Position numbers and translations under genes: made by a program. DNA of 64,000 nt from NCBI GenBank assembly GCA_039803205.1, contig JBDRYB010000008.1:8506-72505 (forward strand), given 5' to 3'. The stretch comes from a candidate division WOR-3 bacterium. Lineage in GTDB: Bacteria > Hydrothermota > Hydrothermia > JBDRYB01. This document shows, one piece after another, positions 39,040 to 49,287 of this stretch (positions within the stretch are counted from its first letter, which is position 1; each line of letters starts with the position of its first letter). The notes under the pieces were generated by a model, which was not told where the DNA came from, searched no databases, and saw only the letters and a list, made by a program, of their open reading frames with translations.

Positions 39040-39855
39040 CTATCCTATCTTTCCAAGCACGAGCGCGACCAGCGCCGCTAGCATGTCCGCCTTGGCGATC
39101 TTGGAGACCAGGCCGTAGTTCCTCCTGGCCCATAGATAGACGAGAAGCCCAGCCCAAACCCCATCCACGAGAAGGACTACCGCTATCAGGTAGCCAAGGC
39201 CCAGATGACCGGAGATGAACGGTAAGGGCGTGAGGCCTATCATCAAGCAGGCAGAGACGGTGGTAAGGATCAGGCCGGCTCTCTCACCCCAGAGGACCGG
39301 AACGGTCCTTCTCCCCGAAACCTTGTCAGCGCTCGCGTCCTCAAGGGATTTGACCCCTTCTCTGGCCATGTGAAATAGAAAGGCGAGGAGGAACGCCCAC
39401 AGCGGCCCCCCAGTATTTTCCCCCGTAAAGCCGCCAAAGAGAAACCCCAGGGCCGCTGCTGTAGAGACCGCCGTGTTGGAGATCAAAGGAATCCGTTTTA
39501 GAACCCTGTTGTATGCGGTTGTCAGGATCATGGCTGATAGAAAGACGATCGTGCAAACCGGGGGGAGAAACGCGGAAAGGGCCATTCCGGGTATGAGCAG
39601 GAACCAAGAGAAGTTCCTGGCCATTTCGGGCCTCACCTCGCCTTTTGGTATGGGTCTATCAGGGTGCGCGAGCCGATCCGTTTCCAGGTCCAGGATGTCG
39701 TTGTCCACATTTGCCCAGGCTATGAGCAAGGCCCCAGAAACGCTTGCAATAGTGGCTATTTGCCAGCCGGGCCAGCCAGCTAGCCATGCTCCAACGAGAA
39801 CGACAAGGCCTGCTATCCCCGCGTTGATGGGACGAGCGAGCCTTATGTAAGCCAC
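39040..39855 (-). CDS. UbiA-family prenyltransferase, DGGGP-synthase-like
   Basis: YIRLARPIN, NDILDLETDRLAHPDRPIPKG, REGVKSLEDASAD...RTVP. Confidence 0.8.
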   Translation of the reverse strand: MAYIRLARPINAGIAGLVVLVGAWLAGWPGWQIATIASVSGALLIAWANVDNDILDLETDRLAHPDRPIPKGEVRPEMARNFSWFLLIPGMALSAFLPPVCTIVFLSAMILTTAYNRVLKRIPLISNTAVSTAAALGFLFGGFTGENTGGPLWAFLLAFLFHMAREGVKSLEDASADKVSGRRTVPVLWGERAGLILTTVSACLMIGLTPLPFISGHLGLGYLIAVVLLVDGVWAGLLVYLWARRNYGLVSKIAKADMLAALVALVLGKIG

Positions 39856-39873
39856 GATTAATTACGGCGGTCT

Positions 39874-40626
39874 CTACTTGCTCAGCAGAGGTTTTATGAG
39901 ATCAAGGGGTATCGGTAGAACCACTGTTGTGGCCTTCTCAGAGGATATTTCAACCAGGGTTTGGAGGAACCTCAACTGAACGGTTATCGGGTTCTGCGCG
40001 AGCACATCAGCGGCCTCCTTGAGCTTGCCAGCGGCCTGCTCCTCGCCAAGGGCTGAGATGACCTTTGCCCGGCGCTCCCGCTCGGCTTCAGCCTGGCGCG
40101 CCATTGCTCTCTGCATCTCCTGGGGAAGATCCACATGCTTTATTTCAACCATTGAGACCTTTACTCCCCACGGGTCAGTCTGCTTGTCAAGGATCTCCTG
40201 GAGCCTGTGGTTCAGCTTCTCCCTCTCCGCGAGGAGGTCATCCAGCTCAACCTCTCCAAGTATGCTTCTCAGGGTCGTCTGCGCTAGCTGGCTCGTCGCG
40301 TAGTAGTAGTCCTCAACCTCAAGGATGGCTTTTAGGGGCTCAACCACCCTGAAGTAGACCACAGCGTTCACCTTGACCGATACATTGTCCTTCGTTATCA
40401 CATCCTGAGGCGGCACATCCATCGTGACGGTCCGGAGGGAGACCTTGACCATCCTGTCAACTATGGGCAGTAGGATGAAAAGCCCAGGGCCTTTCTCCTT
40501 CTTAAGAACACGGCCAAGCCTAAAAACAACGGCGCGTTGATACTCAGGGAGTATCCTGACCATCCAAAGAATAAGGATGAGGATAAAGACCCCAAGAGCG
40601 ATATAGAGAATGAATCCCTCGTTCAT
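39874..40626 (-). CDS. Stomatin/slipin (SPFH) family protein
   Basis: [46 protein letters not shown]. Confidence 0.94.
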   Translation of the reverse strand: MNEGFILYIALGVFILILILWMVRILPEYQRAVVFRLGRVLKKEKGPGLFILLPIVDRMVKVSLRTVTMDVPPQDVITKDNVSVKVNAVVYFRVVEPLKAILEVEDYYYATSQLAQTTLRSILGEVELDDLLAEREKLNHRLQEILDKQTDPWGVKVSMVEIKHVDLPQEMQRAMARQAEAERERRAKVISALGEEQAAGKLKEAADVLAQNPITVQLRFLQTLVEISSEKATTVVLPIPLDLIKPLLSK

Positions 40627-40944
40627 ATTAAGCAAACCTCCGTTACCGGACGAAATTATCAGGCCGTGGCCGCTTATAAAACAACCGCGCGCGTGTCTTG
40701 TTCAGGATGTAAATTATGGGGTTGCCCGCGCTTTTACCCGCCTTTCTCACTGAGAGATGGAAACCGCCCCATGAATGGATTTTGCTCATAGGAGAGCCTA
40801 ATTGGCCAGCGGCCTACAGGTTTGAGATGAATAAGAGGAACACGCTGGAGGCTGTGGAGCTCATGGTTGTTGGTTCCACGGAGCTATGCGGTGAGCCTTG
40901 GAAAAGGGGAAAGCTTAGCCCAGAAAAGGTCTCGGAGAGAAGAA

Positions 40945-42015
40945 TCAGGTGACTTTCTCCAAAGCCCTCTCCGCCTCTGCCTCAAGGAGCGCGTCCACGA
41001 CAGGCCTCAGCTCCCCGTCCATTATCCTCTCCAGCTGATATAGGGTAAGGCCTATCCTGTGATCGGTTAATCGGTTCTGTGGAAAGTTGTAGGTCCTTAT
41101 CTTCTCGCTCCTATCACCAGTTCCTATTGCCGAACGCCTGATGGTGCCCGTTTCGCGCTCCCGACGCTCCCTCTCCCTTTCCGCGAGCCTTGCCCGTAGT
41201 ATCCGCATGGCCCTCTCCTTGTTCTTGTGCTGGGAGCGCTCGTCCCTGCAGACAACAGTTATACCAGTGGGCTTGTGGATGATCCTAACGGCTGAGTCGG
41301 TCATGTTCTGGTGCTGGCCCCCTGGCCCGCCTGCCCTCATGGTGTCTATCTCCAGGTCCTCAGGCGCTATTTCAATCCTTATTTCTTCTGGCTCCTCAGG
41401 CAGAACAACGACAGAAGCAGAGGATGTGTGTATCCTTCCGGCGGATTCTGTCCTGGGGATCCTTTGGACGCGGTGAACCCCGGACTCGTATTTGAGCAAT
41501 CCGTATGCCCCTTCCCCCTCAGCCATGAAGATGATCTCCTTGAATCCTCCGAGGCTCGTGGGGTGAGATTCGGCGACCGTGATCCTGAGACCCTCCTTCT
41601 CAGCGAACCGCGAATACATCCTGAACAGGTCCCCAGCGAAAAGGGCGGCTTCATCTCCTCCTGTTCCAGCCCTTATCTCAACTATCGCGTCCCCATCGTC
41701 CTCCCGAGAGCGCGGGACGAGAAAACGCATTATCTCCGAACGAAGACCGCCCCATTCCTCCACGAGACTCTCTCGTTCCGAACGCAGGTATTGCTTCATC
41801 TCCTCATCGGTTTCGGTCTCAAGCAAGCCATCCGCCTCCGCTATTTCCTCTGAAACCCTCAGAAACCTTCTCACCTTTGGCTCGGCCGCTCTTATCCTCT
41901 TGTATTCCCTTATGAGCCCGGGGTCGTCTTTTCCTTCTGAGATGAGGTTTTCCAGCTCAGAGAGCCTCTCCAAAAACCCTCTTGCTAGACGCAGGATCTT
42001 TTCGCTATTGTTCAT
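40945..42015 (-). CDS. prfA: Peptide chain release factor 1
   Basis: EIRAGTGGDEAALF, GVHRVQRIPRTE (PxT), GPGGQH, IRTYNFPQNRLTDHRI. Confidence 0.96.
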   Translation of the reverse strand: MNNSEKILRLARGFLERLSELENLISEGKDDPGLIREYKRIRAAEPKVRRFLRVSEEIAEADGLLETETDEEMKQYLRSERESLVEEWGGLRSEIMRFLVPRSREDDGDAIVEIRAGTGGDEAALFAGDLFRMYSRFAEKEGLRITVAESHPTSLGGFKEIIFMAEGEGAYGLLKYESGVHRVQRIPRTESAGRIHTSSASVVVLPEEPEEIRIEIAPEDLEIDTMRAGGPGGQHQNMTDSAVRIIHKPTGITVVCRDERSQHKNKERAMRILRARLAERERERRERETGTIRRSAIGTGDRSEKIRTYNFPQNRLTDHRIGLTLYQLERIMDGELRPVVDALLEAEAERALEKVT

Positions 42016-42026
42016 GTGCTCAGAGA

Positions 42027-45000
42027 TTACCTCAGAATAAGCGATTTCGTTCCGAAGACCTCCTCGCCGAGCTCCAGTCTCAGGAAATAGACCCCGGATG
42101 GCAAGTCCTTGCCCCACGGTATCCTGTAAAGCCCTGCTGGAAGGATGCCTGAGCATGGCTCCTCGGCCACCCTTCCGGTCGGGTCATATACCCTGAATCT
42201 AACCATGCTCTTGCCCCTGAGGCTGAGGGTTATGGCCCCACTGCCTTTGATCACGGTCGGGCCCCAGCTCAGAACGGGCGGTTCGTTTTCGTTCTCGGAG
42301 GTTCTCAACCGGGCCTCTTGCTTGGCTATAACCGAATCCGCGCCTATCCAGCCCGTGCGCCAGAGGTCATGCTTGTATGTCCGCCAGTCAAGGTTTGACC
42401 ACCTTGGCGGGAACCTGTAGAAGCCGAAGGCGTATATGAACCCGTTGGCATTCCTCTGGATTATCTCTGCCCTGCCATCATTATCAAAATCGCCTAATTG
42501 GGGCACGGCCCAGTTGTAGAGGCCGAGGGGTATGGGAAATCCCTCAACATAGCCCCCCTCCCTCATCCCGTAGAGGAACCCGCCGTAATCGCCGAAGAAA
42601 TACTCGGTTTTGCCATCGCCATCAACATCTGCCGCGGACGCGGATGTGTAGTGAGCTGTCTTGAGCTTGGCACCGTATGCTGGCATTGGCGTCCCATCCC
42701 CGTCGTATACGAGAAGTTCGTGCTGCCCAACCACTATGACCTCTGGAACCCCATCGTTGTCTACATCTCCGAGGGATGGCGAGGCTTCCATGCCAAAGGA
42801 TGAGCTCACATTCCAGAGTATCTGTCCGTTAGAGCCTATGCATAACAAGGACTTCGCGCTCTGGAATATCCCGAGGAGGACTATCTCGTCCCCGAGGATG
42901 TTCGGTATTAGGTCCCCTACTGCTATGGAAGGGCTGAGACCGCTTCTCTGGAGGTAGCAGGGGAAACCAGGGAGCGGGGTCCCGTTTGCCTCAAGGGCCC
43001 ATATCTCAGAGCTTGGGGTCTTCGCGTATCCAGCAACTATCTCCAGATTTCCATCCTGATCGAGATCAGCAACAGACGGGGTAACAAACCCTCCTCCCCC
43101 TATGGGATGTCTGAAGAAGATTCCGGATTGGTCAAGGAAACCCGTCCCGTCATACCTGAAGGCATATATTATGTCTCCCTGCGCGCAGATGACCTCTAGC
43201 TTGCCGTCGCCATCAAGGTCAGCGAGGCTCGGGGTTTGAGTGTAGTCCTGGGCCCAGCCAACCCACTTTGGCCACCCAGGCATAATTGTGCCGTTGCTCC
43301 TCAGAACGAAGAGCCGGTCATCAAAGAAGACCCTTATGGCTATTTCTATCTTCCCGTCCCCGTCAATGTCCCCAGCCGCGATATCGTCAGCGATCCAGGC
43401 CTTCTTATCCGTTGAGGGTATGTTGACCGGCCACCCGTTCACCGGAGTCCCATCGTAGTGGTAGGCGAAAACCCTCACGAATGAGCTGTCCTGGATGCGG
43501 TCCACGCCAGCAACGACCATCTCGTTTCCGGGATATTGAGGGTCAAGGTCGCACATCACGGGGCAGGAGTGCTCACCCCCGAGAACCACTATGGGCCAGT
43601 ATGGTTCCTTCTTGAGGTATGTTGCGAGCAGAACGGGTTCTGAAAGGGGCCCGGGATTGAAGGAGGAATCAACAGCGCAGACCCTGTAGTAATATATCTT
43701 GTATGGTTGGACCGTGTAATCGGTGAATGTAGCGGGATGAGGCGGCTCATAGCTGATGAGCCTGTAGGGCCCCAGGACATCCTCAGCGCGATAGACCAGG
43801 TAGGCGTTAGGCGTTCCTCCCAAAGGCGGCTCCCAGAACACGGTCACGGCCGCGCTGTCCGGGGCCCCCCATAGCCTTCCTGTTGCGGGCAGGTTCCTGT
43901 GAATCGTATAGCGCAGGGTATCAAAGGGCCCTGAGGGGTCAGAGACTATGACGCTCAGTTCCGCTCCCTCGAGAGCGTTGATGTCAGAGAGCCTGAATGT
44001 GAAACCATCAGGGGTGTTCCAGGGTTCAAGGTATCCCCTCTTTGGTATCCTATCCACGGACGCGGATCCATCTATTATGGTTATTCCTGGGGATGGGCTT
44101 TGTAGGCTGAGGGTTATCCCCTCGGCATCAGCCCAACCCCTGTTGGATATTCCTGGCTTGAACCTCACCAGAAGCGAGAGGCTGTCAACATCCATCTGGC
44201 GGACCCACTTCCTGAGAACCGGGGAAAATACATCAAAGCCAGCCGTGTCAAAGCCAACCGTGTCGTTTGGTATTATAAGGGGAATGAATGTGAAATTGAT
44301 GAGGATGTGCTCCTGGCTATCCGGCAGGGGAGAGGCCACCTTCATGCTGAAGCCAAGTGTCCTCAGGGAAGAGTTTGGCCCTATTTTGGGGAGGATCATC
44401 TGGGAATCCAGAATGGTTATGTAAGGGGATGCAGAGGATATTTTCGCTAGAACGCCCGTTGCCGGCGCTGATCCGCCGTTCTTGATCACATACGATAGCC
44501 TCAAGGTTTCACCAGCCTCAGCGTAGCCGTCCCTATCAGCGTCCTGCGGGGAGGCTGATGTAACTGTGAGCCACGGGCCGGAGGCTATGACATTTATTGT
44601 ATCAATTAATGGCGCGTAGCCGATCTTGTGAACCCCAAGGAGCAGAGGCCCTGCTGATGGTATTACCACATCGTTGAAGTGGGCCTCTCCGAGGGCATCT
44701 GTTTGCCTTATCTCGTATATCTCGCCCTTTTTGTATACGACAACGCTCGCGCCCTGGATGTCGTTGCCCAAGAAATCCTCAACCTTGACCGTGAAGCTCT
44801 GGGGCCCAACACTCAGGCTTGCCGGGGCAGTAATATGAAATCTCCCTATGGTGCATCCATATGGGAATAGGCCCGGATCTCCAAGCGTGGTGTAGGAAAG
44901 GAAGAGATACCGTGTCATTGAGCGGCAATACTGCGCGCCAGGAGCCATCGTTATCCTTGAACCAGCATCGTGCCCCCCTATTCCGAGGCCCGGGTTAGCG

Positions 45001-46562
45001 AAGAGGCACTTGTAAAAGCTAGAATCGAAGTTCTGACACTCAATATATCCGTTCCTGGAAACCGAACGCGATGTGATGAAGCCCCCGCGCGGCGCTGTGG
45101 CGAAATTGGTCATTAGGGCCCCCTTGTCAAAAGCGCCGACGAGGCAGCTTATGACCGAAGCAACCGGCATGTAGTCCCAATTGGAGAGGGTATCAACTGT
45201 CTCGGGGAATATGCCAGTGCCAATGTGCAGGATGTCATATGAACCGTGGCTTACAGAAACCCAGAAACCCGTTCCCCTCCGGAGCTCAGCGAATATGGTG
45301 TCAAGATATATGTTTCCGAACCGGTGATAGAACTCAATGGTATCAATGCAGTCCGGAAATTGCTTCTGTATGGCCTCGCACACCAGCTCGCCGTCCTGGG
45401 GGGAATACTCCCATAGTTGTGGGCCTATGAATATTGCCCTCTTGACATTTGGCCCTGGCCTGAACTGATACTGGAAGAACTTATCGGAAAAGAGCTCGGC
45501 TTCCTTGAGGTTCCTCGCGTAGGCCCTTCCTATGAAGACCTCGGGGAGGTAGTCCGTGCTATCGGTCGGGCACTCGCCATAGTAAGCATCCCCGTCCGCG
45601 TTCCAGCTCCCGTCAAGGCCAGCGTAATACCACTCGCACGGGACAACGGATTCGCCCTCTGATGAGAACCCTGTCTCAACATAGCGGGTAGGAACATGTT
45701 CAGGGGAGCCGCCGAGAAGGACCCAAACCACTCCCCATTCCTGGTATGCTTCCCGTATAAAGTTCCTTATCTTGTCCGAAAGGTCAACTCCATCGTAGTG
45801 AGAAGAGATCCACTCCGTCGTAGCAACAGCAGTCCTTATTCCCATGAGGTTCTTATAAAGGAGGAGCGGGGCAAACCCAGGAAGAAGCGCTTGATCCGTT
45901 ATCAGTAGGTAGTCCACGGCAGTTGAGAGATCGCGAGGCCTGGTGTTCTCAGGGGGCAGGGGGCCGTTGGTTATGGCTGGGCGCAGGATATATGCCTCAG
46001 GGTTGACGAAGACAGCGCTCGCGAGGTCCTCCCTGACGCTGGCTCCGAGAGCGGTCATCCGCTTTGGATAGACCCCGGCGTAAGGGGTTGGCTCTGTCTC
46101 TATCTCAACCTCTATTCGGCTGTAAAACCTAACCTTGCCCTCTGCTGGAGAATACTGGACCGGATAAAGCCTCAGCATGGCAACTGCCTGGCCGCAGAAC
46201 CAGCCCACTCCTGAGAGCTCGGCCAGAGGGCCTGGCAGAAAACCCTTGAACGAATAGTATTCCTTGGACTCAGGTATGAATCCGTCATCCCCTATTTTCA
46301 CGGCTGATTGAGATGGCATGAGCCTCGCGCGCTCGGCTATCACATCCCCTCCCTGGGCTTTGACCCTTATGCCCTTAGCGGTCATCCCAAGGGGTAGCAG
46401 GATGAGCCTCTCGTATGCGGGTATGCTCGGCGCGCCGGAGTCCGCTGTCCACTCGGTTTCCCCTGAGATGACCGTGTATTTCCCCTCCGTCTTTAACGCA
46501 GGGGGGGTGAAATCAAAGCTGAAGCTCATCCCCCCAGCAATAGCGATGTTCAATAGGATCAT
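42027..46562 (-). CDS. Gingipain-like C25 cysteine peptidase with propeptide, Ig/FnIII domains, FG-GAP repeats and T9SS-like C-terminal domain
   Basis: GAPSIP propeptide, IRNFIREAY, EVFIGR, catalytic SHG and SC, TLGDP, multiple D.DGDG..E repeats, CTD YDPTGR...SGVYFLRL. Confidence 0.88.
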   Translation of the reverse strand: MILLNIAIAGGMSFSFDFTPPALKTEGKYTVISGETEWTADSGAPSIPAYERLILLPLGMTAKGIRVKAQGGDVIAERARLMPSQSAVKIGDDGFIPESKEYYSFKGFLPGPLAELSGVGWFCGQAVAMLRLYPVQYSPAEGKVRFYSRIEVEIETEPTPYAGVYPKRMTALGASVREDLASAVFVNPEAYILRPAITNGPLPPENTRPRDLSTAVDYLLITDQALLPGFAPLLLYKNLMGIRTAVATTEWISSHYDGVDLSDKIRNFIREAYQEWGVVWVLLGGSPEHVPTRYVETGFSSEGESVVPCEWYYAGLDGSWNADGDAYYGECPTDSTDYLPEVFIGRAYARNLKEAELFSDKFFQYQFRPGPNVKRAIFIGPQLWEYSPQDGELVCEAIQKQFPDCIDTIEFYHRFGNIYLDTIFAELRRGTGFWVSVSHGSYDILHIGTGIFPETVDTLSNWDYMPVASVISCLVGAFDKGALMTNFATAPRGGFITSRSVSRNGYIECQNFDSSFYKCLFANPGLGIGGHDAGSRITMAPGAQYCRSMTRYLFLSYTTLGDPGLFPYGCTIGRFHITAPASLSVGPQSFTVKVEDFLGNDIQGASVVVYKKGEIYEIRQTDALGEAHFNDVVIPSAGPLLLGVHKIGYAPLIDTINVIASGPWLTVTSASPQDADRDGYAEAGETLRLSYVIKNGGSAPATGVLAKISSASPYITILDSQMILPKIGPNSSLRTLGFSMKVASPLPDSQEHILINFTFIPLIIPNDTVGFDTAGFDVFSPVLRKWVRQMDVDSLSLLVRFKPGISNRGWADAEGITLSLQSPSPGITIIDGSASVDRIPKRGYLEPWNTPDGFTFRLSDINALEGAELSVIVSDPSGPFDTLRYTIHRNLPATGRLWGAPDSAAVTVFWEPPLGGTPNAYLVYRAEDVLGPYRLISYEPPHPATFTDYTVQPYKIYYYRVCAVDSSFNPGPLSEPVLLATYLKKEPYWPIVVLGGEHSCPVMCDLDPQYPGNEMVVAGVDRIQDSSFVRVFAYHYDGTPVNGWPVNIPSTDKKAWIADDIAAGDIDGDGKIEIAIRVFFDDRLFVLRSNGTIMPGWPKWVGWAQDYTQTPSLADLDGDGKLEVICAQGDIIYAFRYDGTGFLDQSGIFFRHPIGGGGFVTPSVADLDQDGNLEIVAGYAKTPSSEIWALEANGTPLPGFPCYLQRSGLSPSIAVGDLIPNILGDEIVLLGIFQSAKSLLCIGSNGQILWNVSSSFGMEASPSLGDVDNDGVPEVIVVGQHELLVYDGDGTPMPAYGAKLKTAHYTSASAADVDGDGKTEYFFGDYGGFLYGMREGGYVEGFPIPLGLYNWAVPQLGDFDNDGRAEIIQRNANGFIYAFGFYRFPPRWSNLDWRTYKHDLWRTGWIGADSVIAKQEARLRTSENENEPPVLSWGPTVIKGSGAITLSLRGKSMVRFRVYDPTGRVAEEPCSGILPAGLYRIPWGKDLPSGVYFLRLELGEEVFGTKSLILR

Positions 46563-46563
46563 G

Positions 46564-46887
46564 TTATATCCCCGTAAGCTCTTTTATGAGGAGGCTCGTT
46601 TTGGCTTGCCGATGCCCCAGTTTCCTCCTTGAGGATCTCGTCCTCCTTTTATACTTGAAAGCCCTTATTTTTCCGGATTTTCCCACATCCTCTACGCTCG
46701 CGAGCACGGATGCCCCCTCTATGTAAGGCTTCCCAGCCAGAATGCTTTTTCCATCCGATACGGCCAGAACGCTCTTTATGGTTATCTCCTGGCCCTTCTC
46801 TCCGAGGGCCGCATCCACGCTTATTCTGTCTCCTTCTGAGACCCTGAACTGCTTCCCAGCTAGCTCTATCACTGCAAAGCGCTTCAT
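46564..46887 (-). CDS. rplU: 50S ribosomal protein L21
   Basis: FAVIELAGKQFRV, GKPYIEGA, FKYKRR, GHRQ. Confidence 0.95.
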   Translation of the reverse strand: MKRFAVIELAGKQFRVSEGDRISVDAALGEKGQEITIKSVLAVSDGKSILAGKPYIEGASVLASVEDVGKSGKIRAFKYKRRTRSSRRKLGHRQAKTSLLIKELTGI

Positions 46888-46889
46888 AT

Positions 46890-47228
46890 CTATCTCCTCT
46901 CCTCAGAGCTGGGGACGAGCGGAGCGAGCTTCTTGTATAGCTCGCCGCTCTTGACTTCCCGCTCTATGGTTGTTGATCCCTGGATGGTTTTCCCGCTCAC
47001 CAGGGAGAGAACCAGCGAAAGGACCATGTAAAGCCCGCCCATTACCCATGTCGCCTTCATGAAGAAGGTGGGTGCTCCGCGGGCGCCCAAGAAGCTCTCA
47101 AGCCCCCCGCCTCCTCCGAGGCTCGCGGCAAGGCCGCCTGACTTCGGTTCCTGTATGAGTATTACCCCTGTCAGAATGAAGACCATGAGGAGAAAGAGGG
47201 CCAGCAGGATAAAGTAAAACCATGTCAT
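46890..47228 (-). CDS. secG: Preprotein translocase subunit SecG
   Basis: ILIQEPKSGGLAASLGG, two TM helices, downstream of tpiA. Confidence 0.9.
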   Translation of the reverse strand: MTWFYFILLALFLLMVFILTGVILIQEPKSGGLAASLGGGGGLESFLGARGAPTFFMKATWVMGGLYMVLSLVLSLVSGKTIQGSTTIEREVKSGELYKKLAPLVPSSEERR

Positions 47229-47950
47229 TTCTGAACCTCACTTTTCTCAACCTCAGAAACTATCCTGGAGAACTTTTCCGGTAGGAGGCTCGCTCCACCA
47301 ACCAGGAATCCGTCAACGCCTTTGGTTCTCGCGAGCTCCCCGGCGTTCTCCGGGCTAACGGATCCACCGTATAGAACAGGGACATCCCCGAGGATCCCCT
47401 TTATCAGCGCGTGCATTTCCCCGGCCTGTGCTGGGGTCGCGTTCACTCCAGTTCCTATTGCCCAAACGGGTTCGTAGGCCAAGAGGATTCTCCCGGCAAC
47501 TCCCGCTAGGCCTTTTTCAATCTGGCGCTTGACTACCTCAGAGGCCCTTCCGGCCTCCCGTTCCTCCAGGGTTTCGCCTATGCAGACCAGGGGGGTAAGT
47601 CCGACCTCCAGCGCGGCGCGGATCTTCTTGTTGACCATCTCGTCAGTTTCTCCGAAATGCTTTCTGCGTTCGGAATGTCCTATTATAACGAAATCTACGC
47701 CTAGGCTCCTCAGCATGGGCCCAGAAACCTCGCCCGTGAATGCCCCCTTATCTTCCCAGAACAGGTTCTGCGCCCCAACCATTACTCTGGCTGGAACCGC
47801 GTCCCTAACCGTTTTCAGGAACGGAAATGGGGGCGCTATCCCGATCTTTACGGGTGAACCAGCGGTAAAATCAGCTATCTGCCTGGCCGCTGACTCTGCT
47901 TCAGTCAAGCTAAAATGCATCTTCCAATTGGCAATAACCCACTTTGCCAT
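47225..47950 (-). CDS. tpiA: Triosephosphate isomerase
   Basis: NWKM, GAFTGE, IGHSERR, AYEPVWAIGTG, LYGGSV, LVGGASL. Confidence 0.97.
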   Translation of the reverse strand: MAKWVIANWKMHFSLTEAESAARQIADFTAGSPVKIGIAPPFPFLKTVRDAVPARVMVGAQNLFWEDKGAFTGEVSGPMLRSLGVDFVIIGHSERRKHFGETDEMVNKKIRAALEVGLTPLVCIGETLEEREAGRASEVVKRQIEKGLAGVAGRILLAYEPVWAIGTGVNATPAQAGEMHALIKGILGDVPVLYGGSVSPENAGELARTKGVDGFLVGGASLLPEKFSRIVSEVEKSEVQK

Positions 47951-48036
47951 GGCCTATATGATATAGCAAGCGTCTGGCCCATTTCAAGCTTTCGCCTGGA
48001 AAATCCTGGCCCTTGCCCTTTATAATCTTCAGGCTT

Positions 48037-48339
48037 ATGGCACAGGATGAATTTACATACGAGAAGGAGGGCCCGGAACCCATCCTGAGGGCTTTTTTGT
48101 CTGTCCTCAGGGGTATTTTGGAGAAGAAGGGTTTTCAGGAGACTTTTGAACACATAGACCCTGAGAACCCGGATACCTACCTTTACGAGAAGGGCGATCA
48201 AAAGGTATCCCTGACCCTTGCCCACAGCGCCCCCGGAACCCTGACGATAACCGCGACCTCAGGCCTCCCCATGAGAGAGACCCTGAATGAGGCTGTAGAA
48301 GCGTTCATAGAGGGGATAAGGATCCTTCTCAGACCTTAA
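48037..48339 (+). CDS. Hypothetical protein
   Basis: ORF abutting phoH, preceded by TATAAT. Confidence 0.6.
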   Translation: MAQDEFTYEKEGPEPILRAFLSVLRGILEKKGFQETFEHIDPENPDTYLYEKGDQKVSLTLAHSAPGTLTITATSGLPMRETLNEAVEAFIEGIRILLRP

Positions 48340-49287
48340 ATGACGCCAGGAGAGACCAAGAGACTAACCCTTGAGATAGGGGATCTGGATCCCCTATCTG
48401 TTTTTGGCCTTCAGGATGCGAACCTAAAGGCTCTCAGAAGGCACTTTCCGGATGTCGCAGTATCCGCGAGGGATAGGGAGATCATCCTTGAGGGCCCAGC
48501 TGAGAGGGCAGAGGAAGCCCTATCGGTTTTAAGGAAGATAATGGCCCTCTCCGCGGCCGGAGAAAGGCCGGATGACCTTGATGTGGATGAGGCAGTGGCC
48601 GAGGTCCACGCGGTATCGGGTGGGCTTGAGATAATAACGCCCAAGAGAAAGGTCTTTCCCCGTAGCCCGAACCAGGAGCACTACATAAGGGAAATAGCGG
48701 AGCACGATATCGTGTTCGCTATAGGGCCTGCTGGGACAGGCAAAACATACCTCGCTGTGGCCATGGCAATACGGTTCCTGCTTGAGGGAAGGGTTGAGAG
48801 GCTCATATTCACCAGGCCAGCGGTTGAGGCAGGGGAGTCCCTCGGGTTCCTTCCGGGAACATACACGGAGAAGATATTTCCGTATCTGGTTCCCCTATAC
48901 GATGCCCTCTATGCCCTCATGCCCCCACAGCGCGTTCAACGCCTTGAGGAGAAGCGCATACTTGAGATAGCGCCCCTTGCTTACATGAGAGGGAGAACCC
49001 TCTCAGATGCTTTCATAATACTTGATGAGGCTCAGAACACGCGCCCCGTCCAGATGAAGATGTTCCTGACGAGGCTCGGGCCGAGATCGCGGGTTGTGGT
49101 CACCGGCGATATAACCCAGATTGACCTTCCCAAAGGGGTCCCTTCGGGGCTAGTGGAGGCAGAGAGGATACTCCGGGGGATAAGGGGTATATCCTTCGTC
49201 TACTTCTCATCAGAGGATGTGGTGAGGCACAGGCTGGTGAAGGACATCGTTGAGGCATACGAGTCAAGGGAGCTCAAAGAGGAATGA
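48340..49287 (+). CDS. phoH: PhoH-like ATPase (YbeZ type)
   Basis: GPAGTGKTYLA, RPAVEAGESLGFLPG, LAYMRGRTL, DEAQN, GDITQIDL. Confidence 0.94.
   Translation: MTPGETKRLTLEIGDLDPLSVFGLQDANLKALRRHFPDVAVSARDREIILEGPAERAEEALSVLRKIMALSAAGERPDDLDVDEAVAEVHAVSGGLEIITPKRKVFPRSPNQEHYIREIAEHDIVFAIGPAGTGKTYLAVAMAIRFLLEGRVERLIFTRPAVEAGESLGFLPGTYTEKIFPYLVPLYDALYALMPPQRVQRLEEKRILEIAPLAYMRGRTLSDAFIILDEAQNTRPVQMKMFLTRLGPRSRVVVTGDITQIDLPKGVPSGLVEAERILRGIRGISFVYFSSEDVVRHRLVKDIVEAYESRELKEE

Noticed and set aside
40716..40952. 78-aa plus-strand ORF between the stomatin gene and prfA
   Set aside because: No recognisable motif, SD or well-placed promoter; cannot be supported as a gene.
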